Assembly: GCA_964016885.1 (NCBI GenBank)
Contig: OZ024746.1
Location: 13,020,001 to 13,084,000, forward strand
Length of the DNA: 64,000 bases
Direction: 5' to 3'
Source: Eledone cirrhosa
Lineage: Eukaryota
Part shown: piece by piece, positions 13,260 to 25,775 of the stretch
Layout of the letters: the number at the start of each line of letters is the position of its first letter
How positions within the stretch are numbered: the first letter of the stretch is position 1
The notes under the pieces: generated by a model
The model's database searches: none
What the model was told of the DNA's origin: nothing
Seen by the model: only the letters and a program-made list of their open reading frames with translations
Position numbers and translations under genes: made by a program

Positions 13260-14129
13260 ACTAAATGGACCTTTAGATATAGGATACTTACAAATATTTA
13301 GAAGATATAACACATTCTGTCAACAATTCAAAGAAGAAATATCATAACAGTAAAATACTACCAGTCATTATGGTGCAATTTCTTGTGAGCCATCATTGAA
13401 CAAACCTACACTGCCACTGTCATTATGGTGTAATCTCTTAACCCTTTGTCAGCCATCATTGAACAAACCTATGATCAAAAGCATTTTATCTGCCCATCCT
13501 GTCATTTTGTATATTAAGATTTGGTTCCTATTTCTAACAGGTGATGAGCCTGCATAGAAGGTCCCTCATTATGCCACTAGAAAAGACACAATGTTTTACT
13601 TGTCTCAGTCTAAATATAAAAAAATAAGTGACCATCTGAATGAATGTTTGTATCTAGCTATAAAATACTCAATCTCACAATTCTAATGCAAGTATCACAT
13701 TTTTTGTAATCACTGTATCACTAGTATTAGCATGAATGGATAAAAAATGATAAAAATGAAATTAAACTTGCTGAAAACAGACATCAAAATAACAATTATT
13801 CAAATTAGAACCAAATTAGACACATAACTAAACTTGAGTTTGCATACTTAAAACAGGAGTATAAAAAGTAGAATGTTTGATGTTTATGGAATAAAGCCCA
13901 TCTGTTTACAGTCTCTAAAAAGATCAACTATTTACTTTCTATCAGATTTTATGCAAAAAACACTATTGACTACATTGGAAAGAATCCAAAACATAGTTAG
14001 GGTCATAACTGGTTCTGTAAAATCTATATATTCATCATATGTTAAACCTGAAAAATATAAAAAAAAATAACATAAAATACAAAATAAAAAAGCGAGCATA
14101 CATAATGGAATGAAATTATCAAACAATTA

Positions 14130-14560
14130 TTTTTTCTAGCCTGTGGCATTTGAGACGTTTGGTGGAGCTGGGCTGCTGACAGTGAAGTTCTTGTCATCGC
14201 TGGTGGCTCACCTTACCAAGGTGTCAGGTGATGCCTGAGGGTGCTTGGTTGTTTCAGTGCCTTAGCCTCACCATCACCCGTGGTAATGCTGCAAGTGTAT
14301 TGTCTTACCTCAAAATATTCTGTTGACCCTTGTAATGTGGTATGTGACCAATTGTTGCACTTGGTGGTGAATTGATGGTAGTTTTTGTTTGTGTTTCCCC
14401 CTATTTTCTATTTCTCTCACTCTAGTCATATTTTGGTGTGTTATATTTGTGAGGTTCCTAGCAATAGTTGTATTTAGTATTTGTGTTTATATTTTCATTC
14501 TGAAAGAATTGTGAACAGTTTGTAATGCTATTTATACAACTGTGAATAAAACCAAGAATA
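14130..14560 (+). mobile_element. CRE-like (restriction-like endonuclease) non-LTR retrotransposon 3' end, degenerate
   Basis: Translation PVAFETFGGAG...KFLSSLVAHLTKVSGD / EGAWLFQCLSLTITRGNAASVL (one frameshift) matches P.A.ET.G.....F...L......GD......FQRLS..IQRGNAA. AATAAA at ~14545. Confidence 0.75.
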
Positions 14561-14805
14561 TGTACTAAATAAAAGATGTAGATGAGTGCAACATGTGTAA
14601 GTTATAAAACCACATTGACCCACACTATCAACACATCAGACATTAGTTTTACTTAGTCTATAAATCTTTTCTTGAAGACTGTAACAGATAGTGTGTCATC
14701 AAGCCAGATTGTACTAATGAATTCCTCTATTTTAATCTTTCCAACAATTTTGTTGAGTTATGTGTTAGCAGATGTACTACATGTTATTGGTACATGACAT
14801 TAAAT

Positions 14806-14965
14806 AATTATCATCATTTTATATGTTTTTCCATACTTGTATGAGTTGCATGGCTTTCCTCCAGCATAGTATCTCTTCATGTGTTGTGGTCCTTCATCAT
14901 CTCCTCTGTGAGCTTCAGTGATTTAAGATCAAATCTCACAACATGTGCCCAGGTCTTCCTTGAAC
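14806..14965 (-). mobile_element. RTE LINE 3' end fragment
   Basis: Minus strand reads KKTWAHVVRFDLKSLKLTEEMMKD, followed by the CATACAAGTATGGAAAA...ATGATGAT tail. Confidence 0.7.
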
Positions 14966-15334
14966 TCACTAAGAAATATATTTGGTGGATTCCATTACTA
15001 CAATATCAGTTGGGAATTATTCAACAAAATTGACTCTTGCACAAAAGATGTAACAAGCTATTCCTACACTTAAGTCAGATAATTTTTCAATGAGTTACTG
15101 CCCTTGTTAACCCTTTTGTTACCTTATATCTAAGGAACTATATAGTTAGTAAATGTTATTCACAGTTGTATAAATAACATTATAAAGTACTCTTCAGTTG
15201 TGTCAAGGACATGCCGAATTCCTTACTGTTGGAGCCTTGATAAAATATACTCAGTAGATCGTAGGATTGTATGTCAAATCCCTGGCAAGTAAAATAGACA
15301 CTAGATGATGATGATGAGGAGGATGATATATATA

Positions 15335-15372
15335 TATAAGGTCTGTTGAAAACGTATCTGACTTTATTTTTA
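15335..15372 (+). mobile_element. Mariner-like terminal inverted repeat remnant
   Basis: TA-TAAGGTCTGTTGAAAACGTATCTGACTTTATTTTT resembles mariner TIRs. No partner TIR was found. Confidence 0.4.
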
Positions 15373-15677
15373 ACCGTAAGAAGTAATGATGTTAGAGAGA
15401 CAAAAGTGTGCAGTGTGATGCCACATAGACTCATGCAGCTGCATGGTTTTTTGGTGAGCTCACTGGATGCATCAGTTGCATCTGAAGTGCTGTACCACTT
15501 ACACCTAATTCAAGGATCATGAGTTCCTGAACACCATGGTAATGAAATCTAGATATAGCAGCTTACATTTAGTTGGGAACTTCTCTTGTAGTTATCTCAC
15601 AAAGAAAAGGGTGTCTGTAGTACTCCATCCTGGCATAAAACCAAACTCTATCTAATCTAATCTGATTCTGTTTCTGA

Positions 15678-15790
15678 TTATGCTAAAACTCTTTCTGCTT
15701 CTTTTAAAATTTGATTCATCAGTTTAATGTCTCTGAAGTTGTTCCTTTCCAGAACATCACCTTTTCTTTTGTAGCAATCTATGATTATAC
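15678..15790 (-). mobile_element. RTE RT N-terminal fragment
   Basis: SIIIDCYKRKGDVLERNNFRDIKLMNQILKEAERVL matches the KGKGD....NYRGIKL motif. Confidence 0.75.
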
Positions 15791-16404
15791 TTTGTCTAAA
15801 CCATGCAAGTATGGAGAAAATAGATGTTAAATGGTGGTGATGATAATGACTGCTCCACAAGTCATAGAGTATGACACCATCATACTTTACCTGATTGACT
15901 GTCTGTGTGTATATCATGACTCATACTCTAATCACTTTCCTGACATTTGTACATTATTCTACATAATATACATGTACCTTTGATAAGTTGTAGTGCACCT
16001 GAGTACTGTACACAATAATTTTTATTATTATTATTATTAAAATAAAGTACCAGTAATGCACTGGGTAATTGCTGGCTTTGAGCCAAAAGTAGAAACAATT
16101 ATTATTATTATTAAAGAACTAGCCTGAAGCTTACTTCACCAGATATTTGTAGCATTACAACAACTATCTCTGACGGTCTGACAGTTTTTACCTTTTTCAT
16201 ATATACATATATGCCAATATACAGGATGAGTAGAAAGTCTTTCCCTAATTATAAAATACCATATCTTGGATACTATTTTACTGAGATTTTACTTTTTCAT
16301 TGTTTTAATTTATAAATTTCAAGTTTAAAGTTTTTCTGATCCTGTTTTATATTTTCTCTTCTAAAACTGTTTTTCTATCTTGTTTATGTTTTGCTTTTAC
16401 ACCG

Positions 16405-16629
16405 ACCTTTAGCATTTACACCGACCGTATCCGGCCAGAATTTTCTCACCTCTTTCTGTTCAAAACGTCTGTAACTGGCCACTCATACTGATGATAAGGT
16501 ATTGTTCTTAAAATAAATAATATCAAAATTTCAAAGATTTGATATTATGTGAGATAGTTATGTAAGATAAAGCCATTACCACAAACATATAATAGTAAAT
16601 ATAGAGTAATGTAAATACTAAAGGGTTAA
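16405..16629 (-). mobile_element. piggyBac-type MITE family A (reverse orientation)
   Basis: Reverse complement of 540-768; ends AAAGGG-TTAA. Confidence 0.85.
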
Positions 16630-17416
16630 TAAAGGTTTATAATCAGGAAAAGACTTTATGCTCACCCTGTATATTAGCAAGATGGAGAAACTTTGTATCG
16701 CTAGTCAGCCTCAAAACAATTCTGTTTGATAATAAAAACAACTTTGTTTTAATCGTGTTAATTATTTCTTTTTCCACTCAGATAACAACTAGTTATGATT
16801 GTAGGAAAAGAAAAAATGAAAAGAAACGCCCCAACCTACTGGCTGAAACTAGTAAAACAAGCATTGTAGAATGTTAATAATTTTAGTAGTTAGATGTGCT
16901 GTGTATGTTATGTTTGTCCTCAATGTTATGTTCTTCCTTTTTACTATGTTTAGTTCCTTTATAGCTACAGTTCTTCAGCTATTTTTTTATTCTCTCATTC
17001 TAAATTTGTGTTCACTCATCCATGTATTGGCTGTAATAAATAGTTTCTGTAATCTAGAGCTGGAGGTGCTGAAATAATAGGTAGAGTAAGAAAAGCATGG
17101 AAGTGGTTAAAGCAGCCATTATCAGTTAGGAACAAAGAGTTTCTCTCACACTGTAAAAGACAGATTTTATAAGGTCATGAGACATGGACATTACAGAAAG
17201 TGGGAGAAATATAATACATAGGGACATTTTATACAGTTTTCTAAGCTATCATTTAGAACAATCAACTGTGTTTACAGTTATTTCCTACATTTTCTATGAA
17301 TTTCATAACTATCGAGCACATCTATAGTTTGATAGTTTGAATACAATGTTGTTTACATCTAAAAACTGTTTGGTTTAGCTATTTAATTTAGACAGAAATT
17401 GTTGTCAGAGGTCCTT

Positions 17417-17612
17417 AGCTCAGTGGTTAGAACACTCAACCAGATATGGAGTTCATTGCTTCATAGCAGCTGCTAGCCACTTTTTTCCACCAATAGGGGT
17501 ATTTTACTCAAGCTCAGTAGTTAGAACACTCAGCCAGAATTTGAGAGATAGGAGTTCATTGCATCATAGCAGCTGCTGGCCACTTTTTCCATCAATAGGG
17601 GTATTTTACCCA
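17417..17612 (+). repeat. Two tandem tRNA-like/SINE heads, each followed by an oligo-T run
   Basis: Box-A-like AGCTCAGTRGTTAGAAC at 17417 and 17511, box-B-like GGAGTTCATTGC, and T6/T5 at 17481 and 17584. Confidence 0.55.
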
Positions 17613-17951
17613 ATTTTCTAAGCTATTATTTATGACAATCAACAATGTTTACAGTTATTTTCTGTGAGACTCCTATATTTTCTATAAATGTCATAACTAC
17701 TCAGTGCTTGGATAGTTTGATACTTTACAAAGAGTAAAATATAATTTATTGGATGCACATTGTTAACATACATGAAAGACAGATATCACAGGTGAGGTGA
17801 TTAATGACATCAGCTGATGTATACAGGTAGGACCACTGAACTTGTTTGGATTTCATAAGTAAATAAGTGATGAGTGCTGAGGAAAATAAAGAATCATAAG
17901 CTGGGAGAAAGTCACTGCAAGAGAAGAAGATGAAAACTTAGAAATTGGTGT

Positions 17952-18802
17952 TTAACCCTTTAATATTTACATTACTCTATATATATACTATTGTATTTTT
18001 AAAGTAAAGGCTTTACCTCACATAATATCTCACATAACATTTACATTACTCTATATATATACTATGATGTGGTTGAGAGGAAGAGCAAGGCCTGGGCGGC
18101 GTGTCACAGCTTGAGATCGGTGTGGAAGTCGGACCTTCGTGGAGACCTGAAAATCCGCCTCTTCATTGCTGTAGTGGAGTCTGTGCTGCTGTATGGGTCT
18201 GAGACTTGGACACTGACCAAGAGACTCACTCAGATGGTGGATGGGTGCTACACGAGAATGCTGAGGATGGCTCTGAACATTAATCAGTATACACTGAGGA
18301 TGAAAAACTCAGAGCTGTATGGGAGCATCCCAAAAGTCAGCTCAAAAGTGACACAGAGGAGACTGAGGTTGGCTGGACATGCTCACCGACATCCAGAGTT
18401 GACATTGCACTCAGTGCTCCTTTGGGAGCCCCTACATGGACACACTAGAAGAGGAAGACCAAGGTTAACATATGTTGATGCCCTAAGGACAGACACTGGT
18501 CTGTTGGAGATGCAGGATATGGCAGCGATAATGAGGGACAGAGACCGCTGGAGAGAACTCGTCCATGGATCTCGGGAATTTTACCCGCCTTAGATAGAGA
18601 GAGAGATATACTATTGTATTTTTACCTCACATAATATCAAAGGCTTTACCTCACATAATATCAAATCTATGAGATTTTGATATTATCTATTTTGAGAACA
18701 ATACCTTAATGTCTATATGAGTGGTTAGTTCCAACCGGTTTGAACAGAAAGAGGTGAGAAAATTCTGGCCAGATACAACTGGGTTAAATGCTAAAGTGTT
18801 AA
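17952..18802 (+). mobile_element. piggyBac-type MITE family A, interrupted by an RTE insertion
   Basis: TTAACCCTTTAATATTTAC ... AAATGCTAAAGTG-TTAA, with internal partial duplications. Confidence 0.8.
18066..18605 (+). mobile_element. Young 5'-truncated RTE-clade LINE with an open ORF C-terminus
   Basis: Uninterrupted 174-aa frame (VESVLLYGSETWTLT...YTRMLR...RRLRLAGH...RGRPRLTY). (GA)n tail directly after the stop. TSD ATATACTAT at 18057-18065 and 18606-18614. Confidence 0.9.
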
Positions 18803-19167
18803 ACCTTAGACTAATGAACATCACAGGACAGGAAGAAGCAGCAAATTCATCCAACTGAAACCAACATGAGAAAAACAAATATTAAAACAATGTATCTTTA
18901 TCTAGGTTAACTATGAATCCATATTGAACAGCAATTAGCTTCATGACTTCATTTCCAGAAGATATTTCATGCGTATATGTAGTTTATACTGTCAGCAGAT
19001 TTGACTACAATAATTCTTTCCTAAAAACTAGGTCAATTTTAGTGATTTTGTGAAGGTCATGGTTCCTAATCCATAAATATTTTTATCCTTTTGATGCTTG
19101 ACCTCTATTTCTATATTTCAAGCAAGTATATATTGATTATACTTCTTATGCACATGAAACTCTTCAG

Positions 19168-22100
19168 ATGTATGGTACTTGCATGTATGGTACTTACATG
19201 TATCTAGGTATGGTGTATCTAGCTATGGTACTTACATGTATCTAGGTATGGTACTTACATGTATCTAGGTATGGTACTTACATGTATCTAGGTATGTTAC
19301 TTACATGTATCTAGGTATGGTACTTACATGTATCTAGGTATGGTACTTACATGTATCTAGCTATGGTACGTACATGTATCTAGGTATGGTACTTACATGT
19401 ATCTAGGTATGGTACTTACATGTATCTAGCTATGGTACTTACATGTATCTAGCTATGGTACTTACATATATCTAGGTATGGTACTTACATGTATCTAGGT
19501 ATGGTACTTACATGTATCTAGGTATGGTACTTAAATATACCTAGCTATGGTACTTACATATATCTAGCTATGGTACTTACATGTATCTAGGTATGGTACT
19601 TACATGTATCTAGGTATGGTACTTACATGTATCTAGGTATGGTACTTACATGTATCTAGGTATGGTACTTACATGTATCTAGGTATGGTACTTACATGTA
19701 TCTAGCTATGGTACTTACATGTATCTAGCTATGGTACTTACATGTATCTAGCTATGGTACTTACATGTATCTAAGTATGGTACTTACAAATATCTAACTA
19801 TGGTACTTACATGTATCTAGGTATGGTACTTACATGTATCTAGGTATGGTACTTACATGTATCTAGGTATGGTACTTACAAATATCTAGGTATGGTACTT
19901 ACATGTATCTAGGCATGGTACTTACATATATCTAGGTATGGTACTTACATGTATCTAGCTAAAGGTACTTACATGTATCTAGGTATGGTACTTACAAATA
20001 TCTAGGTATGGTACTTACATGTATCTAGGTATGGTACTTACATGTATCTAGCTATGGTACTTACATGTATCTAGCTATGGTACTTACATGTATCTAAGTA
20101 TGGTACTTACATATATCTAGGTATGGTACTTACATGTATCTAGGTATGGTACTTACATGTATCTAGGTATGGTACTTACATGTATCTAGCTATGGTACTT
20201 ACATGTATCTAGCTATGGTACTTACATGTATCTAAGTATGGTACTTACATATATCTAGGTATGGTACTTACATGTATCTAGGTATGGTACTTACATATAT
20301 CTAGCTATGGTACTTACATATATCTAGGTATGGTACTTACATATATCTAGCTATGGTACTTACATATATCTAGGTATGGTACTTACATATATCTAGCTAT
20401 GGTACTTACATGTATCTAGCTATGGTACTTACATGTATCTAGGTATGGTACTTACATGTATCTAGCTATGGTACGTACATGTATCTAGGTATGGTACTTA
20501 CATGTATCTAGGTATGGTACTTACATGTCTCTAGCTATGGTACTTACATGTATCTAGCTATGGTACTTACATATATCTAGGTATGGTACTTACATGTATC
20601 TAGGTATGGTACTTACATGTATCTAGGTATGGTACTTACATGTATCTAGCTATGGTACTTACATATATCTAGGTATGGTACTTACATGTATCTAGGTATG
20701 GTACTTACATGTATCTAGGTATGGTACTTACATGCATCTAGGTATGGTACTTACATGTATCTAGGCATGGTACTTACATGCATCTAGGTATGGTACTTAC
20801 ATATATCTAGGTATGGTACTTACATATATCTAGGTATGGTACTTACATGCATCTAGGTATGGTACTTACATGTATCTAGGTATGGTACATATATCTAGGT
20901 ATGGTACTTACATGCATCTAGGTATGGTACTTACATGTATCTGGGTATGGTACTTACATGTATCTAGGTATGGTACTTACAAATAGCTAGGTATGGTACT
21001 TACATGCATCTAGGTATGGTACTTACATGTATCTAGCTATGGTACTTACATGTATCTAAGTATGGTACTTACATATATCTAGGTATGGTACTTACATGTA
21101 TCTAGGTATGGTACTTACATATATCTAGGTATGGTACTTACATGCATCAGGGTATGGTACTTACATGTATCTAGGTATGGTACATATATCTAGGTATGGT
21201 ACTTACATATATCTAGGTATGGTACTTACATATATCTAGCTATGGTACTTACATATATCTAGCTATGGTACTTACATATATCTAGCTATGGTACTTACAT
21301 ATATCTAGGTATGGTACTTACATGTATCTAGGTATGGTACTTACATGTATCTAGGTATGGTACTTACATGTATCTAGGTATGGTACTTACATATATCTAG
21401 GTATGGTACTTACATATATCTAGGTATGGTACTTACATGCATCTAGGTATGGTACTTACATGTATCTAGGTATGGTACTTATATGTATCTAGCTATGGTA
21501 CTTACATGTATCTAGGCATGGTACTTACATGTATCTAGGCATGGTACTTACATGCATCTAGGCATGGTACTTACATATATCTAGGTATGGAACTTACATA
21601 TATCTAGGTATGGTACTTACATGCATCTAGGTATGGTACTTACATGTATCTAGGTATGGTACTTACATGTATCTAGCTATGGTACTTACATGTATCTAGG
21701 CATGGTACTTACATGTATCTAGGCATGGTACTTACATATATCTAGGTATGGTACTTACATATATCTAGGTATGGTACTTACATATATCTAGGTATCGTAC
21801 TTACATATATTTAGGTATGGTACTTACATATATCTAGCTATGGTACTTACATGTAGCTAAGCATGGTACATATATCTAGGTATGGTACTTACATATATCT
21901 CGCTATGGTACTTACATATATCTAGCTATGATACTTACATATATCTAGGTATGGTACTTACATATATTTAGGTATGGTACTTACATATATCTAGCTATGG
22001 TACTTACATATATCTAGCTATGGTACTTACATATATCTAACTATGGTACTTACATATATCTAGGTATGGTACTTACATGTAGCTAAGCATGGTACATATA

Positions 22101-23905
22101 TCTAGGTATGGTACTTACATGTATCTTGGTATGGTACTTACATATATCTAGGTATGGTACTTACATGTATCTAGCTATGGTACTTACATGTATCTAGGTA
22201 TGGTACTTACATGTATCTAGCTATGGTACTTACATATATCTAGGTATGGTACTTACATGTATCTAGCTCTGGTACTTACATGTATATAGGTATGGTACTT
22301 ACATGTATCTAGGTATGGTACTTACATATATCTAGGTATGGTACTTACATATATCTAGGTATGGTACTTACATATATCTACGTATGGTACTTACATATAT
22401 CTAGGTATGGTACTTACATGTACCTAGGTATGGTACTTACATGTATCTAGGTATGGTACTTACATTATCTAGTTATGGTACTTACACGTATCTAGGTATG
22501 GTACTTACATATATCTAGGTATGGTACTTACATGTATCTAGGTATGGTACTTACATGCATCTAGGTATGGTACTTACATATATCTAGATATGGAACTTAC
22601 ATATATCTAGGTATGGTACTTACGTATATCTAGGTATGGTACTAACATGTATCTAGCTATGGTACTTACATATAGCTAGCTATGGTACTTACAAATATCT
22701 AACTATGGTACTTACATGTATCTAGGTATGGTACTTACATGTATCTAGGTATGGTACTTACAAATATCTAACTATGGTACTTACATGTATCTAGGTATGG
22801 TTCTTACATATATCTAGGTATGTTACTTACATGTATCTACGTATGGTACTTACATATATCTAGGTATGGTACTTACATATATCTAGGTATTGTACTTACA
22901 AATATCTAGCTATGGTACTTACATGTATCTAGCTATGGTACTTACATATATCTAGGTATGGTACTTACATGTATCTAGGTATGGTACTTACATGTATCTA
23001 GGTATGGTACTTACATGTATCTAGGTATGGTACTTACATGTATCTAGGCATGGTACTTACATGTATCTAGGCATGGTACTTACATGTATCTAGCTATGGT
23101 ACTTACATGTATCTAGCTATGGTACTTTCATGTATCTGGGTATGGTACTTACATATATCTAGCTATGGTACTTACATGTATCTAGGTATGGTACTTACAT
23201 GTATCTAGCTCTAGGTATGGTACTTACATGTATCTAGCTATGGTACTTACATATATCTAGGTATGGTACTTAGCTATGGTACTTACATGTATCTAGGTAT
23301 GGTACTTACATGTATCTAGCTCTAGGTATGGTACTTACATGTATCTAGCTCTAGGTATGGTACTTACATGTATCTAGCTATGGTACTTACATATATCTAG
23401 GTATGGTACTTACATGTATCTAGGTATGGTACTTACATATATCTAGGTATGGTACTTACATATATCTAGCTATGGTACTTACATATATCTAGGTATGGTA
23501 CTTACATGTATCTAGGTATGGTACTTACATGTATCTAGGTATGGTACTTACATGTATCTAGCTATGGTACTTACATGTATCTAGGTATGGTACTTACATG
23601 TATCTAGGTATGGTACTTACATGTATCTAGCTATGGTACTTACATGTATCTAGCTATGGTACTTACATGTATCTAGCTATGGTACTTACATGTATCTAGC
23701 TATGGTACTTACATGTATCTAGCTATGGTACTTACATGTATCTAGGTATGGTACTTACATATATCTAGGTATGGTACTTACATCTTTCTAGGTATGGTAC
23801 TTACATGTATCTAGCTATGGTACTTACATATATCTAGGTATAGTACTTACATGTATCTAGGTATGCTACTTACATGTATCTAGCTATGGTACTTCCATGT
23901 ATCTA
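19168..23905. repeat. 23-bp tandem satellite (GTATGGTACTTACATRTATCTAG), ~205 units
   Basis: Direct read; period of 23 checked at 19247/19270. The copy number is an estimate. Confidence 0.97.
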
Positions 23906-24097
23906 AAGGTATACATGGAATACACATTATATATATATATGGAAAGAGAAATCTGAATTGTTCAATCATCAGATTTTGTAGCAATTTTAATAACTACAAC
24001 TGAACAAAGTATAATTTCTAAAATTGCTTCTCTTTAATAATCAAACCGTTTGTAATCTGTTTAGATATTTCAAATATTGATACAATTATATATTTAT

Positions 24098-24425
24098 CAT
24101 CACCATCATCACCATCACCATCATCGTTTAACGTCCATGTTTCCATGCCAGCATGGGTTAGACGAGTCATTCCATTGGGAGACAAGTCAGAATAGATGCC
24201 TGTCTTACTCATACAGAACCGTTTCTGGCTTGGTTTCGACTACATTTTCAGAGGGAACTGAGTGCTTTTTATCGTGGCACCAAAATGACCACTTTACAGA
24301 GTGCACTGAGCGCTTTTTGTCGTGTCACTAACATGACCACTGTACAAGGTGGACTGAGCGCTTTTTGTCGTGTCACTAACATGACCACTGTACAAGGTGG
24401 ACTGGGTGCTTTTTGTCGTGTCACA
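24098..24425 (-). mobile_element. RTE-tail SINE-like repeat (family C) with ~3.5 copies of a 48-bp subrepeat
   Basis: (CAT)n-CGTTTAACGTCC...TTCCATGC tail (reverse orientation). Subrepeat starts at 24258, 24306, 24354 and 24402. Confidence 0.8.
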
Positions 24426-25654
24426 AAAAAATTGTTATTTTGATAAAGTTTAATTATTACCTGGTCTGTTTTGGGTTTTTTTTTTACATTTTATTAATTT
24501 ACTACAAGTAACTAAAATATTAGTAATTTGTTAGGATCCCTAAACTTAAAAATAACATTTACAAAGGCAATTTTTGTTCCTTCTAGTTAGTCTGTATGTA
24601 AATATCTGAGGTATTTAAGTTCTTATATATATCATAAAAGGTTCACAGAAAAAGAATCACTATACCATTTCAACTTTAACCAATCAAGGCATAATTACAG
24701 AGGTCACATTGCATGGTTATAGATATTATGACCCCCTTTTATAGGACCTTAAAGAGAGGAAGGGAGAGGGGAAGGGGGAAGAGTGGAAGAAAGGAAGAGA
24801 GGATGGGTGGAAGTTGTCCTTAGAATGGTGACCTAACTTGAGTACCTGCAACAAAATGGACTCAACGGTATCTAAAGATCAGGTATTGATGTTAAACTGG
24901 GTAACAGATTACATCTCCCTCCCACGCGAGGGAAAATAGACATTAAATGACGATGATGATGATATATTCAATTAAAATAATGAATACAAATGGTTGCTTC
25001 TTGTTCATTATCTTTACATTCTGGTATTGAAAATCAAATAAACAAAACCTGTTTTACTCTATAACAGTATTTACATAAAAGGCCTGATGATGAGAAGCTA
25101 TTGCTAGGAATGTGGCTCAAATGAAACTAAAAATCCCTTTCTTTGATCTTACAAATACTGTGAAAATATTTTCCCTAAAAAACTCAAATGTCATTCCAGA
25201 TTCAGTAATTATCAATAAAAATAAACAAGTCTTTATAATTAATTATAAACTAAAAAAAAATCTAATTTTAGAAATATATTGATTCAAGAAACATTTTTTT
25301 TATATAAATATAATTTGTAAATGTTGAACTCAACATCAGTAGAGGAGGAGACAATAAATAGATATTTGATTCATCCAATTTCTAATAGATTTTGTTCCAT
25401 AACATTATTTAAGTTATTTTTCACACACACACATATATATATCATCATCATCATTTTCATTGTTTAATGTCTATCTTCCATGCTAGCATGGGTTAGACCT
25501 AAAAAAAAAAGGAAAAAATGGGGTGATAAGCGATAATAAAAGAAAAAATAGATGGGGAAAGATCCTTACACTGAATCACATGCCAAGGGTCAACTGGAGC
25601 TTCCCTCTGATAATTTTTGAGGCAAGTCAACACACTAACAGCATAATCAAGCTC

Positions 25655-25775
25655 CCTAGCACCCTCACAAGTATCACCTTACACCTTGGTAAGGTAAGCC
25701 ACCATTGATGAAAAGAAGTTCCTTGAAGTTCCTGAAGGCCCAGCTCATCCAGATGTCTCAAACACCACAAGCTGA
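25655..25775 (-). mobile_element. Second CRE-like RLE retrotransposon fragment
   Basis: The reverse complement (GTGTTTGAGACATCTGG...GGTGGCTTACCTTACCAAGGTGTAAGGTGAT) aligns by eye to 14140-14245. Confidence 0.65.

Noticed and set aside
25077-25142. Third hammerhead (CTGATGA…GAAAC)
   Set aside because: There are three extra nucleotides between stem II and GAAA, and stems I and III do not close properly.
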